Source: a candidate division Hyd24-12 bacterium UBA5074
GTDB lineage: Bacteria; Fermentibacterota; Fermentibacteria; Fermentibacterales; Fermentibacteraceae
Length of the DNA stretch: 64,000 nucleotides
NCBI GenBank assembly: GCA_002414865.1
Contig: DIAQ01000098.1
Coordinates: forward strand, 1,039 to 65,038
Direction: 5' to 3'
Under the pieces are notes generated by a model. It saw only the letters and a program-made list of their open reading frames with translations, did not search any database and was not told where the DNA came from. Below are positions 20,795 through 30,152 of this stretch, in pieces (the stretch's first letter is position 1; the number at the start of each line of letters is the position of its first letter). The position numbers and the translations under genes were made by a program.

Positions 20795-21760
20795 TTGATC
20801 AGCAGGGAGACCATCCGGGCTTCTCTCGGGAACTGCCTCACCGACACATCGGGACTCGGGCTGCCGGGTCTGCGCAGAGGAAAGGTCCGCGACATCTACG
20901 ACCTGGGGGACCGCCTGCTCATCGTCACCACCGACAGGCAGAGCGCCTTCGACAGGATCATCGCCTCGGTCCCGTTCAAGGGACAGGTGCTCAACCAGGT
21001 GAGCGCCTTCTGGTTCGAGAGCACATACGACATAGTGCGCAGCTCCGTCATCGAGATACCGGACCCGTGCGCGACCATCGCCGAGAAATGCAGCGTCCTC
21101 CCCGTCGAGTTCATCGTCAGGGGCTACCTCACGGGCAGCACTGCGACATCCGCCTGGACTCTCTACAGGGAGGGAGTCCGGGACATCTGCGGCAACAGGC
21201 TCCCCGACGGGATGGTCAAGAACCAGCGCTTCGCGAGGCCGATCCTCACCCCGACGACCAAGAGCGACATCCACGACGAGCCGCTGACGCCAGCCCAGAT
21301 CGTCGACAGGGGCCTCATGACACGCGCCCGGTGGGAAGAGGCCTCCGAAGTGGCGATGAGGCTCTACGACAGGGGGGTGGAGACAGCCGCATCGAACGGA
21401 CTCGTCCTCGTGGACACAAAGTACGAGATGGGTCTCGACAGGGAGGGGCGACTGACGCTGATCGACGAGGTGCACACGCCGGACTCGAGCAGATACTGGC
21501 TGGCCGGGACCCTCGAGGAGAGGCTCGCAGCGGGACTCGAGCCGGAGAACATCGACAAGGAGTTCCTCAGGCTCTGGTTCGTCGAGCACTGCGATCCCTA
21601 CGGCGACGCCGAGCTGCCGAAGGCTCCGGACGACCTCGTGGTCGAGTTGTCGTCGAGATACATCAGTCTCTACGAGATGATCACCGGCGGGGAGTTCGCG
21701 CCGGCGCCGGGCGAACCCCTCGAAAGGCTCCGCGCGGAGCTGGCCTCGGTGACCCGATGA
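20795..21760 (+). CDS. purC: Phosphoribosylaminoimidazole-succinocarboxamide (SAICAR) synthase
   Basis: 321 aa, long-form PurC with GKVRDIY hallmark. Confidence 0.9.
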   Translation: MISRETIRASLGNCLTDTSGLGLPGLRRGKVRDIYDLGDRLLIVTTDRQSAFDRIIASVPFKGQVLNQVSAFWFESTYDIVRSSVIEIPDPCATIAEKCSVLPVEFIVRGYLTGSTATSAWTLYREGVRDICGNRLPDGMVKNQRFARPILTPTTKSDIHDEPLTPAQIVDRGLMTRARWEEASEVAMRLYDRGVETAASNGLVLVDTKYEMGLDREGRLTLIDEVHTPDSSRYWLAGTLEERLAAGLEPENIDKEFLRLWFVEHCDPYGDAELPKAPDDLVVELSSRYISLYEMITGGEFAPAPGEPLERLRAELASVTR

Positions 21761-23088
21761 AGGCCGGATCCACCCCGGGGTGCTCCCGGGTCTCCCGGAG
21801 GGCGGCGGTGGCAGCCTCAGCGGTCCTCCTCGCCGCGCTCGCCTGTTCCTGCCGGGAGCACAGGACCGGCGGCCCCTCGGTGCTGATCTTCATCCTCGAC
21901 AGCGTCCGCGCCGATCACCTCGGATGCTACGGCTATCCCCGGGAGACCTCTCCCGTCATCGACAGCCTCGCGGCGGCCGGGACCATCTTCCTGGAAGCGC
22001 AGAGCCAGGCCTGCTGGACTCTCCCTTCTGTGGCCACGGTCCTGACAGGGCTCACGCCTCAGACCACAGGCGTCTCCGAGCGCGAAGGAGTCCTGTACGG
22101 GCTGGACGGCACGGTGCCCTTTCTGCCGGAGCTGATGGAGGACGCCGGGTACCACAGCTTTGCCGAGATGTGCATACCCTGGCTGGGGCCCGATTTCGGC
22201 TTCGACAGGGGCTTCGACGAGTTCATATGCCACACCGACAGGGCGCTCGAAGGCCATCTCCCCGAGAGCGCCGTCCACCTCGCGGACTGGCTGCGCCCGA
22301 TCCCTGCAGGGGAACGCTATTTCGCCGTGATCCACGTCTTCGAGGCCCACAACCCCTTCGACCCATCGCCGCCATGGGACACCGTGTTCGTCGACGACAT
22401 GTCCACGTCCTGGAGGGGCATCTCGAATTTCTCCCTGGACAGCTCTGGCAGGGCGATGTTCCCCGATCAGGCGCCCTACCTCCTCTCGCAGTACGACGGC
22501 GAGATCAGGATGATCGACGAGGGCATCGGAGCAGTGATGGACTCGCTGCGCGCACTCGGGAGGGACCGGGAGACAATTGTGGTGATCCTTGCGGACCATG
22601 GCGAGGAGTTTCTCGAGCGCGGGGGGAACGACCACGGGCACACGATGTTCCAGGAGATGCTCCATGTGCCCCTGATCTTCTCGGGACGCGGCATCCCGCA
22701 GGGCTCCCGGCGGATCGAGGTCGTCGGCCTGCTGGACGTGACCCCGACTCTCCTGTCGGCGGCGCGGGTCCCCGTCCCCCAGGTCGTCGAGGGGCTCGAC
22801 CTCTTTGCCGGAGAGCTGCCGGACCGGGCCATGCCCTCGGGACATACGATGGAGGGAACGCGCTACTGCGTCAGACAGGGGGACATGAAACTGGTGCTGG
22901 ACACTGCCGGGAGCAGCCTCACGCTGTACGACCTGGCCTCCGATCCGGAGGAGCTGCGTCCCCTCCCCCCGGACAGCTCTCTGGGGGACAGCCTGATGAG
23001 ATACCTCAGCAGGCGGCCGATAGGCGCGTCCGGCGTGACGCCCGACAGCGACGCGACGGAGACATTGAGAGGGCTGGGCTACATCTGA
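21757..23088 (+). CDS. Sulfatase-family lipoprotein, paralog of 19504..20781, FGly Cys replaced by Thr
   Basis: The track ORF N-terminus is an alternate frame of purC. ATG at 21757 overlaps the purC stop (ATGA). Lipobox ALACSC. Same motifs as the paralog (VRADHLGCYGY, ADHGEEFL, terminal LRGLGYI). The FGly position reads W-T-L-P-S-V. Confidence 0.8.
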   Translation: MKAGSTPGCSRVSRRAAVAASAVLLAALACSCREHRTGGPSVLIFILDSVRADHLGCYGYPRETSPVIDSLAAAGTIFLEAQSQACWTLPSVATVLTGLTPQTTGVSEREGVLYGLDGTVPFLPELMEDAGYHSFAEMCIPWLGPDFGFDRGFDEFICHTDRALEGHLPESAVHLADWLRPIPAGERYFAVIHVFEAHNPFDPSPPWDTVFVDDMSTSWRGISNFSLDSSGRAMFPDQAPYLLSQYDGEIRMIDEGIGAVMDSLRALGRDRETIVVILADHGEEFLERGGNDHGHTMFQEMLHVPLIFSGRGIPQGSRRIEVVGLLDVTPTLLSAARVPVPQVVEGLDLFAGELPDRAMPSGHTMEGTRYCVRQGDMKLVLDTAGSSLTLYDLASDPEELRPLPPDSSLGDSLMRYLSRRPIGASGVTPDSDATETLRGLGYI

Positions 23089-23092
23089 CCCG

Positions 23093-25216
23093 TCAGGGCT
23101 GTTCGAAGAGGTCGCCCTGATCGAGCCCGGAGGCTTCCCTGAGAAGGTCGGAGGCCTTGGAGCGCAGGGCTTCCGCATTCCGCAGTATCTCGTCCACATC
23201 CTGTGATGGAGCGTCGGGCATGGGCGGCCCTGGCGCTGGCAGGGCATCTCCTCCGGCGGCTCCGCCGTCCTCCGGAGCGGCCGGCGCTTCCCGGGCGGCG
23301 GGTTCGGCCTCGGCGGCCTGCTCCACGATCCTGATGGAGGAGATGATCCTCGTGCCCCCCAGCCTCACTCCCCTCGCGGAGGGGCTCCTCTCTGCGATGC
23401 CGGCTGCGGGCACGCAGCCCTTCCTCGTCCTGGCCCCGCGGCGCTTCTCGAAGAAGAATTCGAGGGAGATGCCCTGTCTGTCGCTCAGCAGGAGGAGCTC
23501 GGCGCCCGGCGGCACCAGCGAGTATTCCTTCTCGAGGATGAAACTCTCGATCCTGAAGCGCTTGCAGTAGCAGAACCTGTGCTCGGGCTCCCTGTAGACG
23601 GCCGTGAAGAGCCTGTCCTTGTCCTGGATGCCGCAGAAGACGGTCTCCTTGCCGAGGAAGTGCTTGTCGCCCATGGGCAGCAGCTTGTAGGTGCCGTCCT
23701 CGAAGATCGCCAGTATCCGGTCATACTCCGAGGCGTCGAAGGTCACATCGCCCTTCACCTGGGTTCCTGCGAAACCGCCCTTCTGGTCGAAGCCCACCTT
23801 CAGGTTTCGAAGCGAGACCCCCTTCACGTCTATGTCGTCGAAGGCCTCGATCCTGGTCCTCCTAGGGAAGCGCTTCCCGTACTTCTTCGCCAGGGCCTGC
23901 AGCCAGCGCACGGTGAAGGCGGCCAGATCGGACAGGTTTCGCGAGGATTCGTCCATGGCTGCTCGGATAGTGCCCATCTCCGTTCTGTGGGCCTCGATGT
24001 CGAAACGGGAAATCCTGCGTATCCTGATGGCCAGGAGTTTCTCCAGGTCGTCGTCGCGCAGCTCCAGGTCTCCGAGGTGGGGCGCCATTCCGGTCCTCAC
24101 GGCCGAGGCCACCGCCTCCTCTGAAGCGGCCTTCTCGAGGCCCGAGTAGACGCGGTTCTCTATGAAGATCTGCTCGAGCGTCATCCAGCGGAGCCTGGCT
24201 CCGAGGTCCGCGAGCTCCAGCTCGAGCTGCCTGCGCATGATGTCGAGCAGCCGGTCGGCGCTCCTGTGCACGAGATCGGAGACCGATGTCTCCAGGGGCC
24301 TCCCCCCGCATATGACCAGTCCGTTGGAGGTCCAGGTCACCTCGCAGTCGGTATGCGCGAAGAGCTGGGCCACGGTTTCCTCGGGCTCCGCTCCTCTCGC
24401 GAGGCTGAGCTCTATCTCCACCGAGCCTGCCGTGAAGTCGTCGATCGAGCTTATCCTGACCCGGCCCTTCCGCGCGGCCGCCTCTATCGAGGCGATGAGG
24501 CTGTCCGCGGTCGTGCCCCAGGGTATCTCCCTTATCACGAGCTTCTTCAGGCCCTTCTTGCGCTCGATGGTAGCCCGGTTGCGGATCCTGCCGGTGCCGT
24601 CGGCGTAGGCGGATGCATCGATGCTGCCGCCGTGCGGAAAGTCTGGGTAGAGCGAGAAATCCTGCCCCCTGATGCAGGAGATCATGGCCTGCACCACCTC
24701 GCCGAAGTTATGGGGGAGGATCCTGGTGGACATCCCGACTGCGATTCCCTCGGCACCCAGAAGCAGGGCGACGGGAAGCCTGGCCGGGAGGCTCACCGGC
24801 TCCCGGTTGCGGCCGTCGTAGCTCTCGATGAACTCCGTGAGCCTGTCGTCCAGCAGCACCTCGCGCGCGAGCTCCGTGAGCCTGCACTCGATGTAGCGCG
24901 GCGCCGAGGCCTCGTCGCCGGTGAGCTGGTTGCCGAAGTTGCCCTGGGTCTCGATGAAGTAGCCCCTGTTGGCCAGCGAGACGAGCGCGTCGCCGATGGA
25001 CTGGTCTCCGTGCGGATGGTAGCGCATGCAGTGGCCTATCACGTTGGCCACCTTGTTGAAACGGCCGTCGTCCATCTCCCGCAGGCTCCAGAGGATTCTG
25101 CGCTGCACCGGTTTCAGCCCATCCGCCTCGTCAGGGATGGCCCTGTCCTTGATGACGTATGAGGCATACTCCAGGAAGTTGTCCTGGAACAGGTTCTTCA
25201 GCGCGGCATCGGTCAT
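23093..25216 (-). CDS. parC: Type IIA topoisomerase subunit A (topoisomerase IV ParC-like, short FCB type)
   Basis: 707 aa. Catalytic Tyr region of GyrA/ParC (HPHGD, RYIECRL...). Short divergent C-terminal domain. ATG overlaps the parE stop (ATGA). Confidence 0.85.
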   Translation of the reverse strand: MTDAALKNLFQDNFLEYASYVIKDRAIPDEADGLKPVQRRILWSLREMDDGRFNKVANVIGHCMRYHPHGDQSIGDALVSLANRGYFIETQGNFGNQLTGDEASAPRYIECRLTELAREVLLDDRLTEFIESYDGRNREPVSLPARLPVALLLGAEGIAVGMSTRILPHNFGEVVQAMISCIRGQDFSLYPDFPHGGSIDASAYADGTGRIRNRATIERKKGLKKLVIREIPWGTTADSLIASIEAAARKGRVRISSIDDFTAGSVEIELSLARGAEPEETVAQLFAHTDCEVTWTSNGLVICGGRPLETSVSDLVHRSADRLLDIMRRQLELELADLGARLRWMTLEQIFIENRVYSGLEKAASEEAVASAVRTGMAPHLGDLELRDDDLEKLLAIRIRRISRFDIEAHRTEMGTIRAAMDESSRNLSDLAAFTVRWLQALAKKYGKRFPRRTRIEAFDDIDVKGVSLRNLKVGFDQKGGFAGTQVKGDVTFDASEYDRILAIFEDGTYKLLPMGDKHFLGKETVFCGIQDKDRLFTAVYREPEHRFCYCKRFRIESFILEKEYSLVPPGAELLLLSDRQGISLEFFFEKRRGARTRKGCVPAAGIAERSPSARGVRLGGTRIISSIRIVEQAAEAEPAAREAPAAPEDGGAAGGDALPAPGPPMPDAPSQDVDEILRNAEALRSKASDLLREASGLDQGDLFEQP

Positions 25217-27069
25217 CTCAGGTTGTCCATGATGAACTCGCGCCTCTCGGGCGTGTTCCTGCCCATGAAGAACTCGAGCATGTCCGGGACTTCCTTCATC
25301 CTGCCGATGGAGACCGGGAGGAGCCTCATCTCTCCCTTGATGAAGCGGCCGAACTCGTCGGGGGAGATCTCACCCAGACCCTTGAACCTGGTTATCTCCG
25401 CGCCGCGCCCGAGGCGGGTCAGGGCCTGCTCGCGCTCGCGAGGGCTGTAGCAGTAGACCGTCTCCTTCCTGTTCCTTACGCGGAAGAGCGGCGTCTCGAG
25501 TATGAAGAGATGGTTGTCGAGGACGAGCCCCTCGAAGAAGTGCAGGAAGAAGGTCAGCAGCAGGTTCCTGATGTGCATCCCGTCGACGTCGGCATCGGTG
25601 GCCAGCACTATCCTGTTGTATCTCAGACCTTCGACACCAGCTTCTATGTTGAGGGCCTGCATTATGTTATAGAATTCCTCGTTGTTGTAGAGGGTTTCCC
25701 TCCTCAGGCCGTGGCAGTTCAACGGCTTGCCCCTCAGCGAGAAGACGGCCTGAGTGGAGACGTCGCGGCTCGCGACGATGCTCCCTGACGCGCTCTGACC
25801 CTCGGTGAGGAAGATCGTGCTCTCCTCGGCGAGGGGATCGGCGTCGCCCAGGTGGACCCTGCAGTCCCTCAGGCTCGGTATCCTGATGGCGATCTTCCTG
25901 GCGCGCTCGCGGGCCTTCTTGCGGACGCTCTGGAGCTCGGTGCGGATGCTGAGGTTCACCTGGATCTTGGCCAGGAGAGCCTCGGCGATCTGGGGGTTCC
26001 TGTGCAGGATCTGCTCGACCTCCTGCCTTATGGTGTTGACCAGGGGACCCCTTATCTCCGTGTTCCCGAGCCTCGTCTTGGTCTGGCTCTCGAAGACCGG
26101 CTCCTTCAGCCTTATCGCGACGATGCCCGCGATGCCCTCCCGGATGTCCTCCGGGGCGAAGTTCTTTCCGGCATAAGAGTTGATGCCTTTGAGCACGCCC
26201 TCCTTGAAGGCCGAGAGGTGTGTGCCGCCCGCACTCGTGTACTGCCCGTTGGCGAAGGACATGTACTTCTCCCCGAAGTCCTGCGTGTGGGAGAAGGCGA
26301 ACTCCAGCGTGTCGCTCCTGTGGTAGACAGGAGGATAGATGATGGACTCGCCGGCCTCGTCGTTGAGGAGGTCGCGAAGCCCCTCCTGCGAGATGAAGCT
26401 CTCGCCGTTAAGGACCATCCTGAGCCCGGTGTTGAGGTAGGCGTAATGCCTCGCCCGGTGGACCAGGAACTCGGTCCTGAAGGAGTAGCCGGGGAAGATC
26501 TCCGAGTCGGGGGTGAACTCGACCCGGGTGCCGTTGCTGTCGCTGGTCACGCCGGAGTCCTCCGAGACCTTCACGCCCCTGCAGAAGCAGATCTCGGCGA
26601 AGCGCCCGTCACGGCATGTGACGACGCGGAACCTCTCCGAGAGGGCGTTCACCGCCTTGGCGCCCACTCCGTTGAGCCCGACGCTGAACTGGAAGGCGTC
26701 GGTGTTGTACTTCGCACCCGTGTTGATCACGGAGACGCACTCCTCGAGCCTGCCCAGGGGGATGCCCCGGCCCCAGTCCCTCACCTTGCAGGAGGCGCCG
26801 TCGCACTCTATCGCGATGCGGCGCCCGCACCCCATGATGAACTCGTCCACCGCATTGTCCACGACCTCCTTGAAGAGGACGTAGATGCCGTCGTCGGGAT
26901 GCGAGCCATCGCCGAGGCGGCCGATGTACATGCCTGTGCGGAGGCGGATGTGCTCGACGGAGCTCAGGGTCCTCACCCTGGACTCGTCGTAGGTCCCAGC
27001 CGCGCTGCCTGTCTCGGGAAACCCTTCAGCCACCATATCTGAACTCCGGGATATCGACGTGTACGACAT
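25213..27069 (-). CDS. parE: Type IIA topoisomerase subunit B (topoisomerase IV ParE-like)
   Basis: 618 aa. GHKL ATPase and Toprim motifs (EGQSASGS; the DADVDG acidic motif appears as TDADVDGMHI). Confidence 0.9.
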   Translation of the reverse strand: MSYTSISRSSDMVAEGFPETGSAAGTYDESRVRTLSSVEHIRLRTGMYIGRLGDGSHPDDGIYVLFKEVVDNAVDEFIMGCGRRIAIECDGASCKVRDWGRGIPLGRLEECVSVINTGAKYNTDAFQFSVGLNGVGAKAVNALSERFRVVTCRDGRFAEICFCRGVKVSEDSGVTSDSNGTRVEFTPDSEIFPGYSFRTEFLVHRARHYAYLNTGLRMVLNGESFISQEGLRDLLNDEAGESIIYPPVYHRSDTLEFAFSHTQDFGEKYMSFANGQYTSAGGTHLSAFKEGVLKGINSYAGKNFAPEDIREGIAGIVAIRLKEPVFESQTKTRLGNTEIRGPLVNTIRQEVEQILHRNPQIAEALLAKIQVNLSIRTELQSVRKKARERARKIAIRIPSLRDCRVHLGDADPLAEESTIFLTEGQSASGSIVASRDVSTQAVFSLRGKPLNCHGLRRETLYNNEEFYNIMQALNIEAGVEGLRYNRIVLATDADVDGMHIRNLLLTFFLHFFEGLVLDNHLFILETPLFRVRNRKETVYCYSPREREQALTRLGRGAEITRFKGLGEISPDEFGRFIKGEMRLLPVSIGRMKEVPDMLEFFMGRNTPERREFIMDNLR

Positions 27070-27135
27070 GTAGTATACGAATGCAGCGGCACTCGCGCAT
27101 TCCCCGCCCTATTGTGGTTCGGAGGGACCCGGGTA

Positions 27136-28587
27136 CTACCCGTTGGTCCGTCGTCGGCGGAACCTCGCAGGCAGCAGCATGTCGGCGCCGCCCGAATGAA
27201 TCCAGGGGATGGCGAAGACCGCCGCAGGCACCGCTGACCTCAGGAGGAGCGGCGCCCGGCCGAGGAGGAGGGCGGCGGCCACGGCGGGCAGCGCGCAGAG
27301 GGAGGGCTTCACGAGGGCCGAGAAGATCCCTGCGCCGGTCCACCTTCTTAGAGCCGCGAGAAGGACCGCCGACATGAAGAGGTTGGTCGCGAGGTAGGTC
27401 GTCGCGGTGCCTTCGATCCCCAGGAGAGGAACCAGAGCCAGGTTACCGGCGGTCGCCACGACCAGTCCGGCGGCTGCGGCTCCCATGGCGCTCTTCCTCC
27501 TGCCCGCGGCCATGGCCCCCGCCAGGAGGAAGTTCATCCAGAAGGCGGGCACGATGGCGGCCAGGGAGAGCGCATAGGCGGTTCCCAGGGTTCCCTGGTC
27601 CAGACCCCTGAGATAGCCTCCTCCCCAGACCAGCTCGAGGACCGGGAGGCCGCCCGAGGCGAAGACCAGGAGGCACATGACGGCAAGCCCCGTCACCAGC
27701 TGGGCAATCGAGCGCATGGCGGCCCTCGCCTCCGCCTGCCCCTCCTCCATGGCCCTGCAGAGGGCCGGGAACAGAGCTCCGGGCAGCAGCGCAGGAGTTA
27801 TCAGCAGGGTCAGGGAGTCCACTATCCTGTAGCATTCCTGCCACGCCCCCACGACCCTCTCGCCCGCGGCTCCCGCGAGCACCAGGTTGTCGACGCGCTG
27901 GAGCACGATCATCAGGAGCCCCATCACCCCCAGGGACCAGCTCTCGCGCAGCAGATCCGCCGAGGCTTTGCGCGAGAAGGACGGGATGAGCGAGAATCCG
28001 AAGCCGCCCAGGAAGATCGCCACCGAGAACAGCATCAGCATGGACCTCAGCGCGTAGGTGGCCGCTGCCGCATGGATGCCCAGGTCGAGCTGTGTCACGG
28101 CGACGAGCAGCAGGATGGATGTGACTCCGGACACGGCCCGTGAGACTCCCTCGCCCGCCGTGCGCTCGGCACCCCTGAAGACCGCGAAGCCTATCTCGGA
28201 GAATGCGTCGAAGGCGAAGGACGCCAGGATGAAGACCGCGGGCAGGAAGAACGAGGAGCCGAGGCAGAGCCGGCAGAACACGATCGCTGCCGCACCGGGC
28301 AGACAGACGGCGGCCAGCCTGAGACCCGAGGCCTGCCTCACGAGCCGGCCCATCCCGGGCCTGGAGGTGCTCATCCTCCTGTTCAGGGTCATCGAGACGC
28401 CCATGTCGGCCGCGAAGAAGAAGATCTGCCCGATGGCGACCGTGAGGGTCAGGAGGCCGAACTCGCCGTCGTCCAGATACCGTGAGAGCAGCATCATCCC
28501 CGCGATGAAGCAGCCCTTCGTCATCACCTGTCCGACGAGGAGCGTTGCGCTGTTCCTGGCCGGTGAGGAGCGCGCCCTGCCCATCAT
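27136..28587 (-). CDS. Polysaccharide/oligosaccharide flippase (Wzx/MOP superfamily)
   Basis: About 480 aa with 12-14 TM. The track ORF's N-terminal 161 aa are Arg-rich junk in the frame of the upstream gene. An MM start at ~28585 overlaps the upstream stop. Confidence 0.75.
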   Translation of the reverse strand: MMGRARSSPARNSATLLVGQVMTKGCFIAGMMLLSRYLDDGEFGLLTLTVAIGQIFFFAADMGVSMTLNRRMSTSRPGMGRLVRQASGLRLAAVCLPGAAAIVFCRLCLGSSFFLPAVFILASFAFDAFSEIGFAVFRGAERTAGEGVSRAVSGVTSILLLVAVTQLDLGIHAAAATYALRSMLMLFSVAIFLGGFGFSLIPSFSRKASADLLRESWSLGVMGLLMIVLQRVDNLVLAGAAGERVVGAWQECYRIVDSLTLLITPALLPGALFPALCRAMEEGQAEARAAMRSIAQLVTGLAVMCLLVFASGGLPVLELVWGGGYLRGLDQGTLGTAYALSLAAIVPAFWMNFLLAGAMAAGRRKSAMGAAAAGLVVATAGNLALVPLLGIEGTATTYLATNLFMSAVLLAALRRWTGAGIFSALVKPSLCALPAVAAALLLGRAPLLLRSAVPAAVFAIPWIHSGGADMLLPARFRRRRTNG

Positions 28588-30152
28588 CACTTCCGCCGAA
28601 CCACGAAGATCGAGAAGGGGCCCCCGCTGTTCTCCAGCGGGATCTCCCTGAGCAGGGAGCGGACCTCGAGGGAGGTTATCAGATTCCTGTCCGCCATCAC
28701 GTCGCTTCCGGAGCCGATGACGCTGTCGGCGCCCGTGAGGACCGGTCCCCTGGTATCCCGGGGATCGTTCGCCAGGAGCAGATAGGGGCCGCCGGCGGCG
28801 GAGTCCCACACCGCGACGAGGGAGTCGGTGTCGTGCATCATGTACCCGATCGCGGCGACGGGGCTGTCGAAGATGAAGCGCCTGGCTGCAAAGGCTTCCC
28901 GGTAAGGATGCCAGACGATCGCGGACGGGTCGGTGCCGGTCTGGTCGAAGTGATAGAGGAACGCCAGGGTCGTGTAGGAATCGAGGTAGCAGACGATCGG
29001 CAGGTCCTCCCCCCCGTTCTCGGCAGCCGCGACCGAAGCGGCCTCCTGAAGATCCCTGTCGAAGGTGCATCTCTGCGGGAGCGTGTGCCGGGTGGCGAAG
29101 GGCACGCAGAGAGCCAAGGACATGCCCACCGCGAGGGCGGTGGCGGGCTTCCTCAGCCTTCCGGCGCTTTCGAGCCCTGCCGCGGCGATGGACATGAATG
29201 CCGGCAGGGCCATGGCGAAGTGCCTTGCGGACGGCCTGATGAAGCTCAGCGGAACGAGGGTCCAGAGGAGGATGAACAGGGCTGCGGGACCCGCTCTGCG
29301 GGCTCCCCTGACCGCCGCTGCACCGAGCAGCGCCAGCTGGGCGAAGCCCAGGACAGGCCAGACGCCCATAGAAGCCGGTGAGAACCGGTCGAAGTCCGCC
29401 GAGGCGGTTCCGGAGGCGAACCTGAACAGCGTGCCCGCAATCGAAAGAGGAGCTTCCACGAGGGCCATGATGGGCGCCCTCTGGGAGATCAGCATGCTCG
29501 TGACTTCATCCTTCGCGCCCGCCAGCCTTTCCGCCTGCCCGCCGACTTCCGGGAGCCAGGGCAGGAACAAGAGAAGCGGGATCGCCACCGCGAGGGCCGC
29601 CAGGCCCGGTCTCCTGCGGAGGAAGAGCAGGGATGCCGCGGCCACCACTCCGAGCCAGGCGAAGTAATGCACCCAGACGGCGACGCACAGACATGCGACG
29701 AGCAGGATCGCATCACGAGGGCTCCGCCTCTCGAGCACCCGCTCCAGGAGGACCAGCTCCACCCCTCCGAGGAGCGCCATCAGGCCGTACATCCTCAGCT
29801 CGACTCCCAGGTGGAGGAGGAACGGGCTCACGCAGAGCAGGAGTGCCGCGGACCGGCGCATCGTGAGGGCCGCCATCGCGCACAGGACGAGCGCTGGAAG
29901 GAGGGATGAAGTGCGCAGGGTGAGGAGCCCCGTGCCGAGAAGCCGGCCCCATGCTCCGAGGTACAGGAAGTGGGCGGGAAGGTGCACATCGACAGCCGCA
30001 TTGGAGTAGACGGCGGCGGGGGGCGACATCGAGACCGCGATGCTGTAGGCCTCGTCCCCCGTCAGGCTGCGGTTCCAGGAGAGCGCCCAGAGGCCCGCGA
30101 ACGCCAGAGGCAGGAGCAGCAGGACTGCAGGCCCCGGCCGGTCCCGGATCAT
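28587..30152 (-). CDS. Polytopic membrane glycosyltransferase-like protein (GT39/GT83 ArnT/PMT-like fold)
   Basis: Start at the Met of MIRDRPGPAVLLLLPL (ATG overlaps the ligase stop, ATGA). Multiple TM helices followed by a soluble C-terminal domain. The family call is by architecture only. Confidence 0.5.
   Translation of the reverse strand: MIRDRPGPAVLLLLPLAFAGLWALSWNRSLTGDEAYSIAVSMSPPAAVYSNAAVDVHLPAHFLYLGAWGRLLGTGLLTLRTSSLLPALVLCAMAALTMRRSAALLLCVSPFLLHLGVELRMYGLMALLGGVELVLLERVLERRSPRDAILLVACLCVAVWVHYFAWLGVVAAASLLFLRRRPGLAALAVAIPLLLFLPWLPEVGGQAERLAGAKDEVTSMLISQRAPIMALVEAPLSIAGTLFRFASGTASADFDRFSPASMGVWPVLGFAQLALLGAAAVRGARRAGPAALFILLWTLVPLSFIRPSARHFAMALPAFMSIAAAGLESAGRLRKPATALAVGMSLALCVPFATRHTLPQRCTFDRDLQEAASVAAAENGGEDLPIVCYLDSYTTLAFLYHFDQTGTDPSAIVWHPYREAFAARRFIFDSPVAAIGYMMHDTDSLVAVWDSAAGGPYLLLANDPRDTRGPVLTGADSVIGSGSDVMADRNLITSLEVRSLLREIPLENSGGPFSIFVVRRK

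Noticed and set aside
21067-21756. 230-aa N-terminal extension of the second sulfatase ORF
   Set aside because: Alternate frame of purC. The sulfatase starts at the ATG overlapping the purC stop, followed immediately by a lipoprotein signal.
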